Shown in pieces: positions 19,283-29,607 of a stretch of DNA of 64,000 bases (positions are counted from its first letter, which is position 1; each line of letters opens with the position of its first letter). The stretch lies in the IMG/VR virus record IMGVR_UViG_3300047564_005685, one strand, 5' to 3'. The position numbers and the translations under genes were made by a program. The notes below the pieces were generated by a model. It searched no databases, was not told where the DNA came from, and worked only from the letters and a program-made list of their open reading frames with translations. The stretch comes from an uncultured virus (IMG/VR IMGVR_UViG_3300047564_005685). Lineage: Duplodnaviria > Heunggongvirae > Uroviricota > Caudoviricetes.

Positions 19283-20685
19283 TGAAGCGCGGCCTGGGGA
19301 GCAGGCCTGACGCACCGGATCGGATGATTCCGATCTCGAGGCCCCTGCCCAAGCGCGCTGCTGGTGTCTACCCGCGTAAGGGGACCGGCGCTGGCGAGTA
19401 CGGCAGCACGGCGTATCCAACTGTCATCGAGTCATACAACCGCGACAGCGACTACAAGCGTTGGCGCCTTGGACAGGAGTATTACTTCGGGACGGGTCGG
19501 AGTTGGGCTGATTTCAGCATTCATACCCTGGCGCGGTTCGTCACGGGGGCAGTCGACGGCACATCCAAGGAGATTGTCTCGCTGTTCCCGAGCGCAACAT
19601 CTCCGGAGCGGGCCTGGTATGCGGGCGTGCGGACGCGTGGATCGATCATCCTGCCGCAACCCTTGCGCGAGGAGGACATCACGCTGAACACGTCGGATCC
19701 GGACGTGGCGAATCACACGCTGACCTGGCGCGTCAGCGGCATCCTCACGCCCGGGCAGGTTGCGGTCTTCGGGATTTTCGTGGGCGACCAGTTCGAGGAC
19801 TCGGCCATCGGCCCCCAGTATCCGACTGATCTCGTGCAGCGCGATGTCGGCAGCGTCGCATTGACACTGGTTGCGGCCAACCCCGGCACGATGACGCTGG
19901 TGTTCGATCTCTCGCGTCCCCATGGGCGCATCGAGCGCAACGGGCGCGTCTACTGGGACAAGCTGCCGTACAACCCGATGGAGCCAGTGACCTGGCGCCC
20001 AGGCCGGTACCTGTGCAGCAGCTTTAAGTTCTTCTGCTGCTGTCCAGATCACTTGGGCGGCGCAGTGGCCAACCTCGAGATCCCCAGCGCCGGCCAAAGG
20101 CGCGATCTCTTCCCGATGCCAAGCGCCGCTCGCAGCGCCCAATCCCCATGGGAGCAGCAAGGCGCCGGCTACTACAGGCAATGGCGAACGCTCCCAAGGC
20201 GGCGAGATCAACGACGTGATTGCAAGCACATCCACGCGCTGCGCTGGCGATGCGGTGTCCCCTGGCTGGAGCCCAGTGACTACCCGACAGGGGATTCGCG
20301 CGACTTCCTGGAGTTCGCTGCACAGGCCGAGCGACGCCTGTACAGCGAGGAGATCATGGAATACTTCCGCCTGCGGCGCCTCAGCTGGGATCGGTACATC
20401 CTGACGGTGGCGGACACGGTGGGACTCATCCTGTTCCCCGATGGCGATCCACGCGACTCAATCCGGCCAGACCCAAGGCCAATGCTCTGGAATGATCGCG
20501 ATCAGCCACTGGTCGAGTGGTGCCGACAGAACGACTGGTGGCTGGAGCGCGGCACGCAGACGCTCAGGGTCTTCAATCAGGGGATCAACGCTTTCGAGAC
20601 GGCAGTGACGATTGCAGGCAATAGCTTTCCGGTCCTGCAAGTGGTTGACCCTGATGCTCCGGGCGCCCCGGTGATCATTCGTTGA
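19282..20685 (+). CDS. Protein with SWIM-like zinc finger
   Basis: CCCPDH ... CKHIHA. Confidence 0.55.
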   Translation: MKRGLGSRPDAPDRMIPISRPLPKRAAGVYPRKGTGAGEYGSTAYPTVIESYNRDSDYKRWRLGQEYYFGTGRSWADFSIHTLARFVTGAVDGTSKEIVSLFPSATSPERAWYAGVRTRGSIILPQPLREEDITLNTSDPDVANHTLTWRVSGILTPGQVAVFGIFVGDQFEDSAIGPQYPTDLVQRDVGSVALTLVAANPGTMTLVFDLSRPHGRIERNGRVYWDKLPYNPMEPVTWRPGRYLCSSFKFFCCCPDHLGGAVANLEIPSAGQRRDLFPMPSAARSAQSPWEQQGAGYYRQWRTLPRRRDQRRDCKHIHALRWRCGVPWLEPSDYPTGDSRDFLEFAAQAERRLYSEEIMEYFRLRRLSWDRYILTVADTVGLILFPDGDPRDSIRPDPRPMLWNDRDQPLVEWCRQNDWWLERGTQTLRVFNQGINAFETAVTIAGNSFPVLQVVDPDAPGAPVIIR

Positions 20686-20716
20686 GATCTTAGAATCGCC
20701 ATAAATAGCGGCGGCG

Positions 20717-23700
20717 ATGAGCAGCAATAAGGACCCTCGGAGGTTGCCGGTCTACGTCGATCGGATCAATAATCGGTTGCTTGCTGATCCGCAGAATGGC
20801 GGCCCGTGGTTCGTCGTCAGCGTCAGCGGTGGCGGATCTGTCCCTGCGGGATCCCTGACTGATCCCGGCATCCTGCAGCTGGAAGACAGCACCAACAGCA
20901 CAAGCACGTCAAAGGCCGCGACCCCGAATTCAGTGCGGCAGGCCTTCTCATTGGCTGACACCGCAAACAGCGTAGCTCAGGGCGCTTCTGCCAATGCGAC
21001 CACGGCGCTGAATAATTCGCAGGCGGCTGTTTCCACGGCCAACTCAGTCAGCGGAACTGCGAACACAGCGCTGTCAACGGCAAATGCAGCCGTAGCTACT
21101 GCCAACGCAGCGACCGCTACTGCCAATAGCGCCGCCAGTGCCGTCAGCGGCAAGCTCGACCTGACCGGCGGGACCATCACCGGGGATGTAATCTTCAGCA
21201 ATACAGGCAGAATTGGCTTTGAAGGGTCAACAGATGACGTCTTCGAGACGTATCTGGCCGTTGTCAATCCGACTGCTGATCGCACGATCACACTGCCAAA
21301 CGCAACAGGCACGGTTGCCTTACTGGAAACGGCCAATACGTGGTCAAGTGCGCAGGTCTTTCAAGGGACAATCAGCTTTCCAAGCGCCTCTTGCTCGAAT
21401 CAGCTGTATATCGACCACAGCGGTTCAATTGCTTTTGAAGGCTCGTCCGCGGACGACTTTGAAACATTTCTGTATGCAACGAATCCCACGGCGGATCGTT
21501 CGATCTATCTGCCAAATGCGTCGGGCACGATTGCGCTGTCGGAGGGACTGGCGACCGTTGCGACGACGGGCGCGTATGGCGACCTCTCTGGCAGGCCAAC
21601 GCTAGGCACATCTGCGGCGCTGAACGTCGCCGCTGCCGGTAATGCCGCCGCAGGGGAAGTTGTCAAAGGGAACGACACCCGCTTGACAACCAACATTTCA
21701 TACACGGCGAGCACGCGCGCCCTGGCCAGCAGCACGGGGACGGGCGCAACGTTGCCGCTCGTGGCCGATGCAGCAGCGGGATTGGCGCCGGCCTCCGGGG
21801 GCGGAACGTCTAACTACTTGCGGGCGGACGGGAGCTGGGCAGTCCCTCCAGGTGCCGCCTTGACCGATGGCGACCGAGGGGATATCACGGTCAGCGGCGG
21901 CGGCACGACGTGGACCATTGATAACGGCGTAGTCAGCTATGCCAAGATGCAAGCTGTCTCCACAGGTAACCGCCTGCTGGGCAAGGCGGGCGCAACACCG
22001 GGACCAGTCGAAGAGATCGCTTGCAGTCAGGCGGGGCGCGACTTGATCGCCGCATCTGATCCCGCGTCTCAGCGAACGGTATTAGGACTCGGCGCCCTGG
22101 CCCAGCAGGACACGCTGGGATCAATCAGTAGCACTGGCACGATTGGCGTGACGGCATCACGTCCGCTGATTACAACCACAGGCGGCGCCATTACGACTGG
22201 TACGTTCGGTAGCTCGGCAACCACTTTCTGCGAGGGGAATGACTCGCGCCTCAGTGATACCCGACTGACGCCAAACGCGCTGACCCTGGCGAGCAATGGA
22301 ACCGGCTCGGCGCCAGGATCGACATTCAATGGCAGCGCCGCGAGAACGATCTCCTACAACAGCGTTGGTGCAGCGGCTGAAACGCACACGCATGGCAACA
22401 TCTCCAGCGGTGGCGCCATCGGCGCAACCTCCGGGTTGCCAGTCATCACTGGAACGAACGGCATCCTGCAGACCGGTACGTTTGGCTCCACGATTGGCAC
22501 GTTTTGCCAGGGAAATGACGCCAGGCTGAGTGATACGCGGAACACATCGAACGCACTGACGTTCGATGGCTCGGGTACCGGCGCTGCAGCGGGCAGCACC
22601 TTCAATGGCAGCGCGGCACGAACGATCTCGTTCAACACAATCGGCGCTGCCGCCTCTGGTCACACCCACGGGCAGATCACCAATGCCGGCGCGATCGGGA
22701 CAACCTCGGGACTGCCAATTATCACCGGCGCGGGCGGCGTACTGCAGGCAGGCTCGTTTGGAACTGGTGCAACTGATTTCTGCGCCGGCAATGATTCCCG
22801 CCTGAGCAATGCGAGGACGACAGTCAACGCTCTAACCTTCAGCAATACCGGCAGCGGCGACGCCTCCGGGACGACGTTCAATGGATCGTCATCGAGGACG
22901 CTTTCGTATAACAGCATTGGCGCGGCGCCCCTCGCTTCGCCGTCCTTCACAGGGAATGTCGGCATCGGCGCCACGCTGGAAACCGGATCGCAGATCTCCA
23001 CTGGATCGGCGCAGGTCCGCGTGGGCGGCCTGCGGACCGGAACCGGCGAGTCGTTGGTTGATTTCTACCATGCGGCGGGGCAGATCGGGGCGCGCATCGT
23101 CCGCTATGGCGGCACGGATAGCAATTTCGAGTTCCAGAACAACGGCACTGGCTCGGTGGCGTTCACACTGGCTGGCACGCCTCGCCTGGTGCTGGAGAGT
23201 GAGCGGCTAGGCTTCATGACCGGAGGCGGCACCTCCGCAGGCATCCGTGCCTACTGGGCAGGCCTGATCCGTGGCGCAGCGAGCTCGATCTATCACTACG
23301 TCGATGGCCAAGTTGAGAACACGGTGACCGGCCAGGCCAACGTGTTCCGGTCAGCAGTTACAACCGCAAACTCGGCTGGTGCGTTCACCCTGCCGACACT
23401 GCGCCATTTCGACGCGCTGGGATCCGTTGCCAGGGGTACCAATACGACGATCACCACGCAAGTCGGCTTCCGGGCAAGTGGTGACCTGACATCGGCGGGC
23501 ACGAACTACGGCTTCTTGAGCAGTATCGGCAGTGGGACAGGTCGCTTCAACTTTTATGCCGATGGAGACGCGGCTAACTATTTTGCGGGCACGATTGCAT
23601 CCCTGGGCAGCTATACAGCGACGACTGCAGCCGCAGTCAACATGACCATCGACTCCGCCGGGGACATCCGGCGGAGCACATCCAGCATCCGCTACAAAAA

Positions 23701-24121
23701 GGATGTTGAAGACCTGGGGTCGCAGTATGCCGACAACGTAGTCTTCGGGGCTCGACCGGTCTGGTATCGCAGCACTTGCGAGGCGGACAATCCCGCATGG
23801 GGCTTTTACGGCCTAATCGCGGAAGAATTGGCGGACATCGACCCACGCCTCGTTCACTGGGGACGCCCCAGCAAGCGAATCCTGTTGCAGGAAAAGTCTG
23901 AGGCCATCCTCGATGACGATGGCAACGTGCTCGAGCCGGCATGCGAGGAGCAATGGGTTGACGCTGAAGACACCGATGCTCCGCTGCGGCCAGAGGGAGT
24001 TGCGTACGATCGCCTGACGGTCATGCTTATTGACGTTGTTCAGCGCCAGCAGGCGGCAATCGAAGCATTGCAGCTCTCGGTGCAAGCCATGGGAGCGGGA
24101 GTCTCGGGGGCGGGCAACTGA
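20717..24121 (+). CDS. Tail fibre with C-terminal intramolecular chaperone (peptidase S74-like)
   Basis: G/T/S-rich; three FC.GND.RLS repeats; SSIRYKKDV..YGLIAEEL...V.YDRL..L..Q coiled-coil end. Confidence 0.85.
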   Translation: MSSNKDPRRLPVYVDRINNRLLADPQNGGPWFVVSVSGGGSVPAGSLTDPGILQLEDSTNSTSTSKAATPNSVRQAFSLADTANSVAQGASANATTALNNSQAAVSTANSVSGTANTALSTANAAVATANAATATANSAASAVSGKLDLTGGTITGDVIFSNTGRIGFEGSTDDVFETYLAVVNPTADRTITLPNATGTVALLETANTWSSAQVFQGTISFPSASCSNQLYIDHSGSIAFEGSSADDFETFLYATNPTADRSIYLPNASGTIALSEGLATVATTGAYGDLSGRPTLGTSAALNVAAAGNAAAGEVVKGNDTRLTTNISYTASTRALASSTGTGATLPLVADAAAGLAPASGGGTSNYLRADGSWAVPPGAALTDGDRGDITVSGGGTTWTIDNGVVSYAKMQAVSTGNRLLGKAGATPGPVEEIACSQAGRDLIAASDPASQRTVLGLGALAQQDTLGSISSTGTIGVTASRPLITTTGGAITTGTFGSSATTFCEGNDSRLSDTRLTPNALTLASNGTGSAPGSTFNGSAARTISYNSVGAAAETHTHGNISSGGAIGATSGLPVITGTNGILQTGTFGSTIGTFCQGNDARLSDTRNTSNALTFDGSGTGAAAGSTFNGSAARTISFNTIGAAASGHTHGQITNAGAIGTTSGLPIITGAGGVLQAGSFGTGATDFCAGNDSRLSNARTTVNALTFSNTGSGDASGTTFNGSSSRTLSYNSIGAAPLASPSFTGNVGIGATLETGSQISTGSAQVRVGGLRTGTGESLVDFYHAAGQIGARIVRYGGTDSNFEFQNNGTGSVAFTLAGTPRLVLESERLGFMTGGGTSAGIRAYWAGLIRGAASSIYHYVDGQVENTVTGQANVFRSAVTTANSAGAFTLPTLRHFDALGSVARGTNTTITTQVGFRASGDLTSAGTNYGFLSSIGSGTGRFNFYADGDAANYFAGTIASLGSYTATTAAAVNMTIDSAGDIRRSTSSIRYKKDVEDLGSQYADNVVFGARPVWYRSTCEADNPAWGFYGLIAEELADIDPRLVHWGRPSKRILLQEKSEAILDDDGNVLEPACEEQWVDAEDTDAPLRPEGVAYDRLTVMLIDVVQRQQAAIEALQLSVQAMGAGVSGAGN

Positions 24122-24218
24122 ATACCAGCGCAAACGTTTGACACGTGCAACCTCGGAGGTGAGCCGAATCATGCCGAGGCAGGCCGATAGAATGAAGCCA
24201 CGAATCAGGTAGCAGTAC

Positions 24219-25085
24219 ATGCCTTCCATCACAATCGGCGGGCGCATCTACGAAGAAATCGCGGTCACGGCAACCGACGGAAAGCCGCTACCTGTCGACA
24301 TTCAGGCAGCAACGCTGAACCTCTCGGGTGATATCACTGTCGGCAATGTCACCGTCGACAATGATTCGCTAAACCCCGTCCCCGTCAGCGATAACGGCTC
24401 CACACTGTCTGTGGACGACGGTGGCGGATCGATCACGGTCGATGGCCCGCTGACCGATACGCAGCTGCGCGCCTCTGCGGTCGAGGTGACGCAAGCGTCG
24501 CAGCCACTGCCGACTGGTGCCGCCACGTCTGCGCTGCAAACCACGGGCAACTCCTCGCTGTCGACCATTAACGGCAAGCTGCCAAGTCTCGTTGGCAGCA
24601 GAATTCCCGTTGACGGCAGTGGCGTTACGCAACCCGTGAGCGATGCGGGTGGCAGTTTAACCGTCGACGACGGGGGAGGTTCGATCACAGTTGATGGTCC
24701 GCTGACCGATGCCCAGCTCCGAGCAACACCTGTTGCCGTTGGCGACGGCGGTGGCTCGCTCACGGTTGATGGCTCGGTCTCGATCACCGGCGTCGCGTCG
24801 GTGACTGCCGCAGCGCGCACGCCGACGACGACATCTGTTGCCGGCGCCGCTAGCAGCGTGTTGATTCTGGCTTTGAATGCCAACCGCAAGGGGCTGTCGG
24901 TCAGCAACATCAGCACCAGCAAGCTCTATCTGTCATTCAGCAATCCCGCCACGGTTGGCAATTCGTTCATCGAAATGCAACCGGGATCATTCCTTTTGTT
25001 TGATCAGCAGTTGATTGTTGCCAATGCGATCTACGGCATCTGGACGAACGCCAACGGGGCAGCGCAGGTCACCGAGTACGTCTGA
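24219..25085 (+). CDS. Virion structural protein with internal repeats
   Basis: Duplicated VDDGGGSITVDGPLTD.QLRA. Confidence 0.65.
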   Translation: MPSITIGGRIYEEIAVTATDGKPLPVDIQAATLNLSGDITVGNVTVDNDSLNPVPVSDNGSTLSVDDGGGSITVDGPLTDTQLRASAVEVTQASQPLPTGAATSALQTTGNSSLSTINGKLPSLVGSRIPVDGSGVTQPVSDAGGSLTVDDGGGSITVDGPLTDAQLRATPVAVGDGGGSLTVDGSVSITGVASVTAAARTPTTTSVAGAASSVLILALNANRKGLSVSNISTSKLYLSFSNPATVGNSFIEMQPGSFLLFDQQLIVANAIYGIWTNANGAAQVTEYV

Positions 25086-26038
25086 TGGGCCAGTACATCC
25101 CGGCACCAATAGGTGAAGCGTCTCCCGGGGTGGCGCCCGGCGGCCTCAAGAATCAATACTTAAGAAAGGCTTCTGACCTTGATTACGATACAGACTGGGA
25201 AGATATTGTCTTCCCAGAAGGCGGAGGCGGAGGCGCGGGAACGGACCTGGGATATGTAGCGTCCACTCGACTTCTGACAAGCAGTACAGGGGCAGATGTA
25301 ACGCTCCCACCAGCGGACGGAAGTAATGCCGGCCTGATGGCCGCAGTGGACAAGACCAAGCTCGACGGCATCGCGGCCGGCGCCGAGGTGAACGTCAATG
25401 CCGACTGGAATGCCTCCAGCGGCGACGCGCAGATCCTGAACAAGCCGACGCTCGGCACCGCTGCAGCGGCGAACACCGGAGACTTCGCAACAGCCGCCCA
25501 GGGCGCTAAGGCAGATACTGCCGTGCAGCCTGGAAGCCTTGCGACGGTGGCGACGAGTGGCAGCTACGCAGACCTGTCCAACAGGCCGACAGTCCCAACA
25601 CTCAGCGACGCCACACCTCAGGCGCCTGGTACGGCAGCTGCCGGCACGGCCAGCAGCGCTGCTCGGGGGGATCACGTCCACCCGTTGCCGGCGACGGTCA
25701 CGACATCGGCGGCCGGCCTCCAGCCTGCCAGCGGCTACGGGACGATCACCTACGCCGCGCAGGTCACGCTGGATTTCGCGGCCCGCGACAAGACGATGCA
25801 CTCCATCTCGTTGACCGGTGCGCTGGAGCTGCTGACCAGCAACCTGGCCAATGGCCGGGAGGTGCGGCTGCGGCTGGTGTGTGATGCCACCCAGCGGACG
25901 CTGACGTTCCCGACTGACTGGCGGTTCGTCGGCACGAAGCCCGCAAACCTCGCTGCCTCCAAGGTGGCAGTCCTCAGCCTCGCCGCGTTTGGCACCACCA
26001 ACGCCGACGTGGTGGCCGCTTACGCAGTGCAGTCATGA
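25085..26038 (+). CDS. Tail fibre-like protein
   Basis: AGLM...DKTKLDGIA.GAEVNV.ADWNA, LATVATSGSY.DL, ARGDHVH fibre motifs; segments shared with ORF 20717. Confidence 0.7.
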   Translation: MGQYIPAPIGEASPGVAPGGLKNQYLRKASDLDYDTDWEDIVFPEGGGGGAGTDLGYVASTRLLTSSTGADVTLPPADGSNAGLMAAVDKTKLDGIAAGAEVNVNADWNASSGDAQILNKPTLGTAAAANTGDFATAAQGAKADTAVQPGSLATVATSGSYADLSNRPTVPTLSDATPQAPGTAAAGTASSAARGDHVHPLPATVTTSAAGLQPASGYGTITYAAQVTLDFAARDKTMHSISLTGALELLTSNLANGREVRLRLVCDATQRTLTFPTDWRFVGTKPANLAASKVAVLSLAAFGTTNADVVAAYAVQS

Positions 26039-26772
26039 TGATCCGAGTCACCGAGGCCGGCACGAGCTGGCCCTATTCCCTCAGCCAGCTCCGGGCCGAC
26101 GAGCCGACCAAGAGCTTCAGCAGCAGCCCTAGCTCTGTAGAGCTTGCGGTGTTCGGCGTCTATCGGATCCAGCCCCAGGCGCAGCCCGCCTACGACCCGG
26201 CGACGCATCGGGTGGTGGAGGTGCAGCCGGTGATTGCCGATGGCAACTGGCAGCAAGCCTGGGAGCTGCAGGAGCTGACAGACGCTGAGAAAGAGGCCTA
26301 CTACCGGGCGACGCACCCGCCACGGTGGCAGTCATTCGGTGGCGCCGTGTGGGCGATGGTTCCGGTGAACGAACTCCTTGCTACCGCTCTGCAACACGCC
26401 CCCGCGCTGGCGATGGCGTTGCCGGTGGGCTTGGGCCAGGCCGCGCAGGGAGATCAGCGCACGTTCGTCGGCGCCTGGCAGGCGGCTCGCAGCGCCGGAC
26501 TGGTGGCCGATGAGCTAGTGCAGGATCTGCAGGCGCTGGCCGTGGCCCATGACCTGCCGGCTGAGTTCGTGGCCGCCCTCGGTGCGGTGGGGAATCCTGA
26601 GTGGGAATGGCCCGACAATCCCGCACGGTTTGATGAGTGGACCGCACCGGATGGGTCGGTATGGCGGTGGGATCAGCCGCGTGATGAGCAGGGCCAGTAC
26701 CTGCCCGACGATCCGGCGACACCCGAGAGCGAGTCGGCACTGCGGTGGATTGCAGTTGGAGGAGAGGCGTGA
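26035..26772 (+). CDS. Putative tail fibre assembly/accessory protein
   Basis: PAYDPATHRV...W.Q.W pattern; follows the fibre gene. Confidence 0.5.
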   Translation: MMIRVTEAGTSWPYSLSQLRADEPTKSFSSSPSSVELAVFGVYRIQPQAQPAYDPATHRVVEVQPVIADGNWQQAWELQELTDAEKEAYYRATHPPRWQSFGGAVWAMVPVNELLATALQHAPALAMALPVGLGQAAQGDQRTFVGAWQAARSAGLVADELVQDLQALAVAHDLPAEFVAALGAVGNPEWEWPDNPARFDEWTAPDGSVWRWDQPRDEQGQYLPDDPATPESESALRWIAVGGEA

Positions 26773-27548
26773 GCGTCTTCGGGTTCTCGGATCTGGCTTT
26801 TATAGCTGTCGCTGCGGGCTACACGCCAACCGATACCGACGCCGCTGCATACATCACTGCGGTTGAAACAGCAGACGGCCAAGCATTGGAACCTGGCGTG
26901 CGTCGGGCGATTGATGAGTTCGTCATCGGCTGCAAAACTGACGGCATCTGGAATGCCATCAAGGCATCGTGCATCCTGGCTGGTGCGCGCACCCGACTTG
27001 GTGCGCTGACTCCGCTAGTAGGCACTGCTCCGACCAGTTTTAACTTCGTAGACGGCGACTACAACAGGAAGACGGGGCTGGTGGGGAATGGGAGTACCAA
27101 ATACTTAGACAGCAATCGCGCCAGCAATGCCGAAGCTCAAAACAATATTCACTTGCTTGTGTATGCGCACACAATTCCTACTACCGGTGCGGCCTTGATT
27201 GGAGTAGGAAACGTTGACTCCAATAGCTGCCACTTAGCTTCCACGCTAGTGCGGAACAGAGGCTCTGGAAGCACAGCAATCACTGCCATGACTGGATGTA
27301 TAGGAACATCCAGATCGTCGTCTACTGGGTTTAACATACGCAACAACAATTCAAGCACTGTTGTAACACGAGCATCATCTGCTGCAGATTCGCAGAACCA
27401 CTTTGTTTTCAGCCGTAATTCCCTTGGGCCAAATCAAACATCTAACGCCCGCCTCGCCTTCTACTCCATCGGTGAATCCCTAGACCTCGCCCTGTTGGAT
27501 GCCCGCGTCACCACGCTGATGAACGACTTCGCAGCGGCGATCCCATGA
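26769..27548 (+). CDS. Putative virion protein with variable interior
   Basis: GC-rich ends (DAAAYITAVETADG; RLAFYSIGESLDL) around an AT-richer core; GTG start after GGAGAGG. Confidence 0.6.
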   Translation: MSVFGFSDLAFIAVAAGYTPTDTDAAAYITAVETADGQALEPGVRRAIDEFVIGCKTDGIWNAIKASCILAGARTRLGALTPLVGTAPTSFNFVDGDYNRKTGLVGNGSTKYLDSNRASNAEAQNNIHLLVYAHTIPTTGAALIGVGNVDSNSCHLASTLVRNRGSGSTAITAMTGCIGTSRSSSTGFNIRNNNSSTVVTRASSAADSQNHFVFSRNSLGPNQTSNARLAFYSIGESLDLALLDARVTTLMNDFAAAIP

Positions 27549-27838
27549 ACCTCCTGGATCTCGCCATCGCCTTCGCCATGCTCGGCATCACCGAGGCCGT
27601 CGTGAAGCCCTTGGCAAAGCGCTGGGTCCAGCGCCGCATCCTCCGCGCCGCCCCGGCGATCCTCCGCGCCATCGACGCCCGCCTGCCCGAGCTGCTGGCC
27701 CTGCCGACCGGCGAAGCGCTGGAGGCCCAGGTGCGCAGCATCGCCGAGCAGGTGACCGGCGAGTCCTGGGCGACGGATGACCTGGGGCCGTTGTTTGAGC
27801 TGTTTGATCTGCGCGAAGCAGTGAGGCGGCAGGGGTAG
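27545..27838 (+). CDS. Small membrane-anchored protein
   Basis: Hydrophobic N-terminus; ATGA coupling. Confidence 0.5.
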   Translation: MNLLDLAIAFAMLGITEAVVKPLAKRWVQRRILRAAPAILRAIDARLPELLALPTGEALEAQVRSIAEQVTGESWATDDLGPLFELFDLREAVRRQG

Positions 27839-27853
27839 GAATTCGCCGGGCGG

Positions 27854-28324
27854 CTACGCGACGAGTTGTATGTGGCGAGCCGTGGGATCGCTTCTTTTTT
27901 CTCGATAACTGGCGCACCAACGCGCAAACTCAATGCCCTCGTCCTGCGGGTCTGGATGCCCCAAGCTGCAACGGTCGCTGGTCCATTGAATGCAGTGCTC
28001 GCAAGTTGGCGACTCCGCCTCCATGTCGGGCAACTCTTTGGCGCCCTCAGTGTCAAGCTCTTGCATCAATTGCTGACGTATTGCCGCCATCGAGCGTTCC
28101 AGAGCCTGAAACTTGTCCAGCAAACGAGACGCCCTGGCCGAGGCCGCGGCATCAATTCGAGCCGTGATCTCGTCGTAACGCAGCTCGTAACTAGTGAACC
28201 GCGCACCGCAGGCCGCGCAGGCGCAACGGCGCCTGACGCGACCTGGTAAGCGGCGGGATTCCAGTACCCGGCGGCCAGTCGCGCCACATTCGGGGCAGGT
28301 GATGCCGTCCAAGCAGGCGGTCAT
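27854..28324 (-). CDS. NrdR-like zinc-ribbon protein
   Basis: CPECG...VLESR...RRRC.C..CG.RFTSYE; no ATP-cone domain. Confidence 0.7.
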   Translation of the reverse strand: MTACLDGITCPECGATGRRVLESRRLPGRVRRRCACAACGARFTSYELRYDEITARIDAAASARASRLLDKFQALERSMAAIRQQLMQELDTEGAKELPDMEAESPTCEHCIQWTSDRCSLGHPDPQDEGIEFARWCASYREKRSDPTARHIQLVA

Positions 28325-28783
28325 CGCTGCTGTCCATGCTGCCGCCGTTGACCCGCCAGTTCAAGCAGGTGGCGACCCCAGCCCAGGTGCGTCATCTGAG
28401 CGTGCGTGCCTGGCGGGGTCGGGTAGCTCTCGGCCCACCATTCCCGGAACAGCGCCGCCATTTCTGTGTCGGTGATCGGAGACGGTGTCTTCATCTGCAA
28501 CTGGCATGAAATAGTGGCAATCGAAGCCAAGCGGCGTGCTCGGGCAGATCCGCGATCGACGATCGTCCCCTTGGCCCACAAACCGCTTGCAGTGCATGCG
28601 GAGCGGACATTGGTCCTGGACGCAGCGCGAATAGTCGCCCATGCCAGGACCGTGAACACGCCCGATCAGTCTGCCATAAGCCTGGCGTTTCGCAAGACAT
28701 GGCGCGCGGAAGGCGGCGACCTGGGCAGGTTGATGACCCTCGGACGGCGATTTGGGTAGATTGATGACCCCCGCACGGAGGCC

Positions 28784-29062
28784 ATGGAGGGCAACGCGCT
28801 GATTCCACCTGGGAGCACCCCAGAGCATGAGATCAACCGAACGCGCTTCCTTGAATACCTGTACAGGCTCGACGGGCGGGACGATCCGAGCCATCCCAAC
28901 CATGCGCTGTACTCCGGCTTGATGCAGGAATATCGCTACGTGATTGGCCAGCAGGTCATCGACGACATCGTGACCCGTTGGTCCGAAATCGGGCCCGAAC
29001 TAGAGAAACACAGAGAAGCTATGCAAGCCTCCCTCAAGCTGCCGTGTTCGCCGAGCATCTGA
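28784..29062 (+). CDS. Hypothetical protein
   Basis: GGAGG RBS; R..FLE.LY..DGR....HP.H.LYSGL. Confidence 0.55.
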   Translation: MEGNALIPPGSTPEHEINRTRFLEYLYRLDGRDDPSHPNHALYSGLMQEYRYVIGQQVIDDIVTRWSEIGPELEKHREAMQASLKLPCSPSI

Positions 29063-29367
29063 CCTCCGTCGCCAGCTCCCCGCAGCGACAAATCAGCGCG
29101 ATCCTTGCCAGCCGCGACTTCCTTCTGCGATTGACGCGCCCCAAGGAAACCCCCCGGGTCGCCTCGGCTGTGCGCCGAGAGGCCTTGGCCCTGCTGCGGC
29201 ATTTCCCACCTGCAGAACGGCTGCGTCCGGTTCTTGAGCAACAGCTGCCCTCGCAGAGCTGCCAGCCGCCCTCGCCGCCAGCCGCAGAACTCGGGATCCA
29301 CTGGCCCGCTGACGCGCAGCGTGGCCTTAACGGGTCGAAACAGAATGAAACACAAGACCAGAAATAG
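28978..29367 (+). CDS. BPSL0761-like small protein (start uncertain)
   Basis: SRDFLLRL..PKETPRV..AVRREA..LLRHFP motif. Confidence 0.5.
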   Translation: MVRNRARTRETQRSYASLPQAAVFAEHLTSVASSPQRQISAILASRDFLLRLTRPKETPRVASAVRREALALLRHFPPAERLRPVLEQQLPSQSCQPPSPPAAELGIHWPADAQRGLNGSKQNETQDQK

Positions 29368-29606
29368 GCAAGCAACCAGGCAAGCACCGCTGAAAACACT
29401 GTCCATGACTGGAGCGCAACCTGCCTGCACAGCAGTGCCTCGACCCTGCAAAGGCTGCGGGTGTCTCAGGGGCAGATCGCTGTTGTGCCAAGGGCTTTAA
29501 GGCACTAAAGGCGTCCGCGGAGAGCCGGGCGGGGGTCGGAAATTAGGCACGAAATCAGGCAAGCAGAGCCCGCTTGGACCACGATTAGGCAAGCCGTTAG
29601 GCAAGC
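29366..29606. repeat. Candidate attP with integrase arm-type direct repeats
   Basis: AGGCAAGC at 29366/29378, 29557 (variant AGGCACGA at 29545) and 29587/29599: three pairs, each 12 nt apart, directly upstream of the integrase. Confidence 0.6.
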
Positions 29607-29607
29607 C

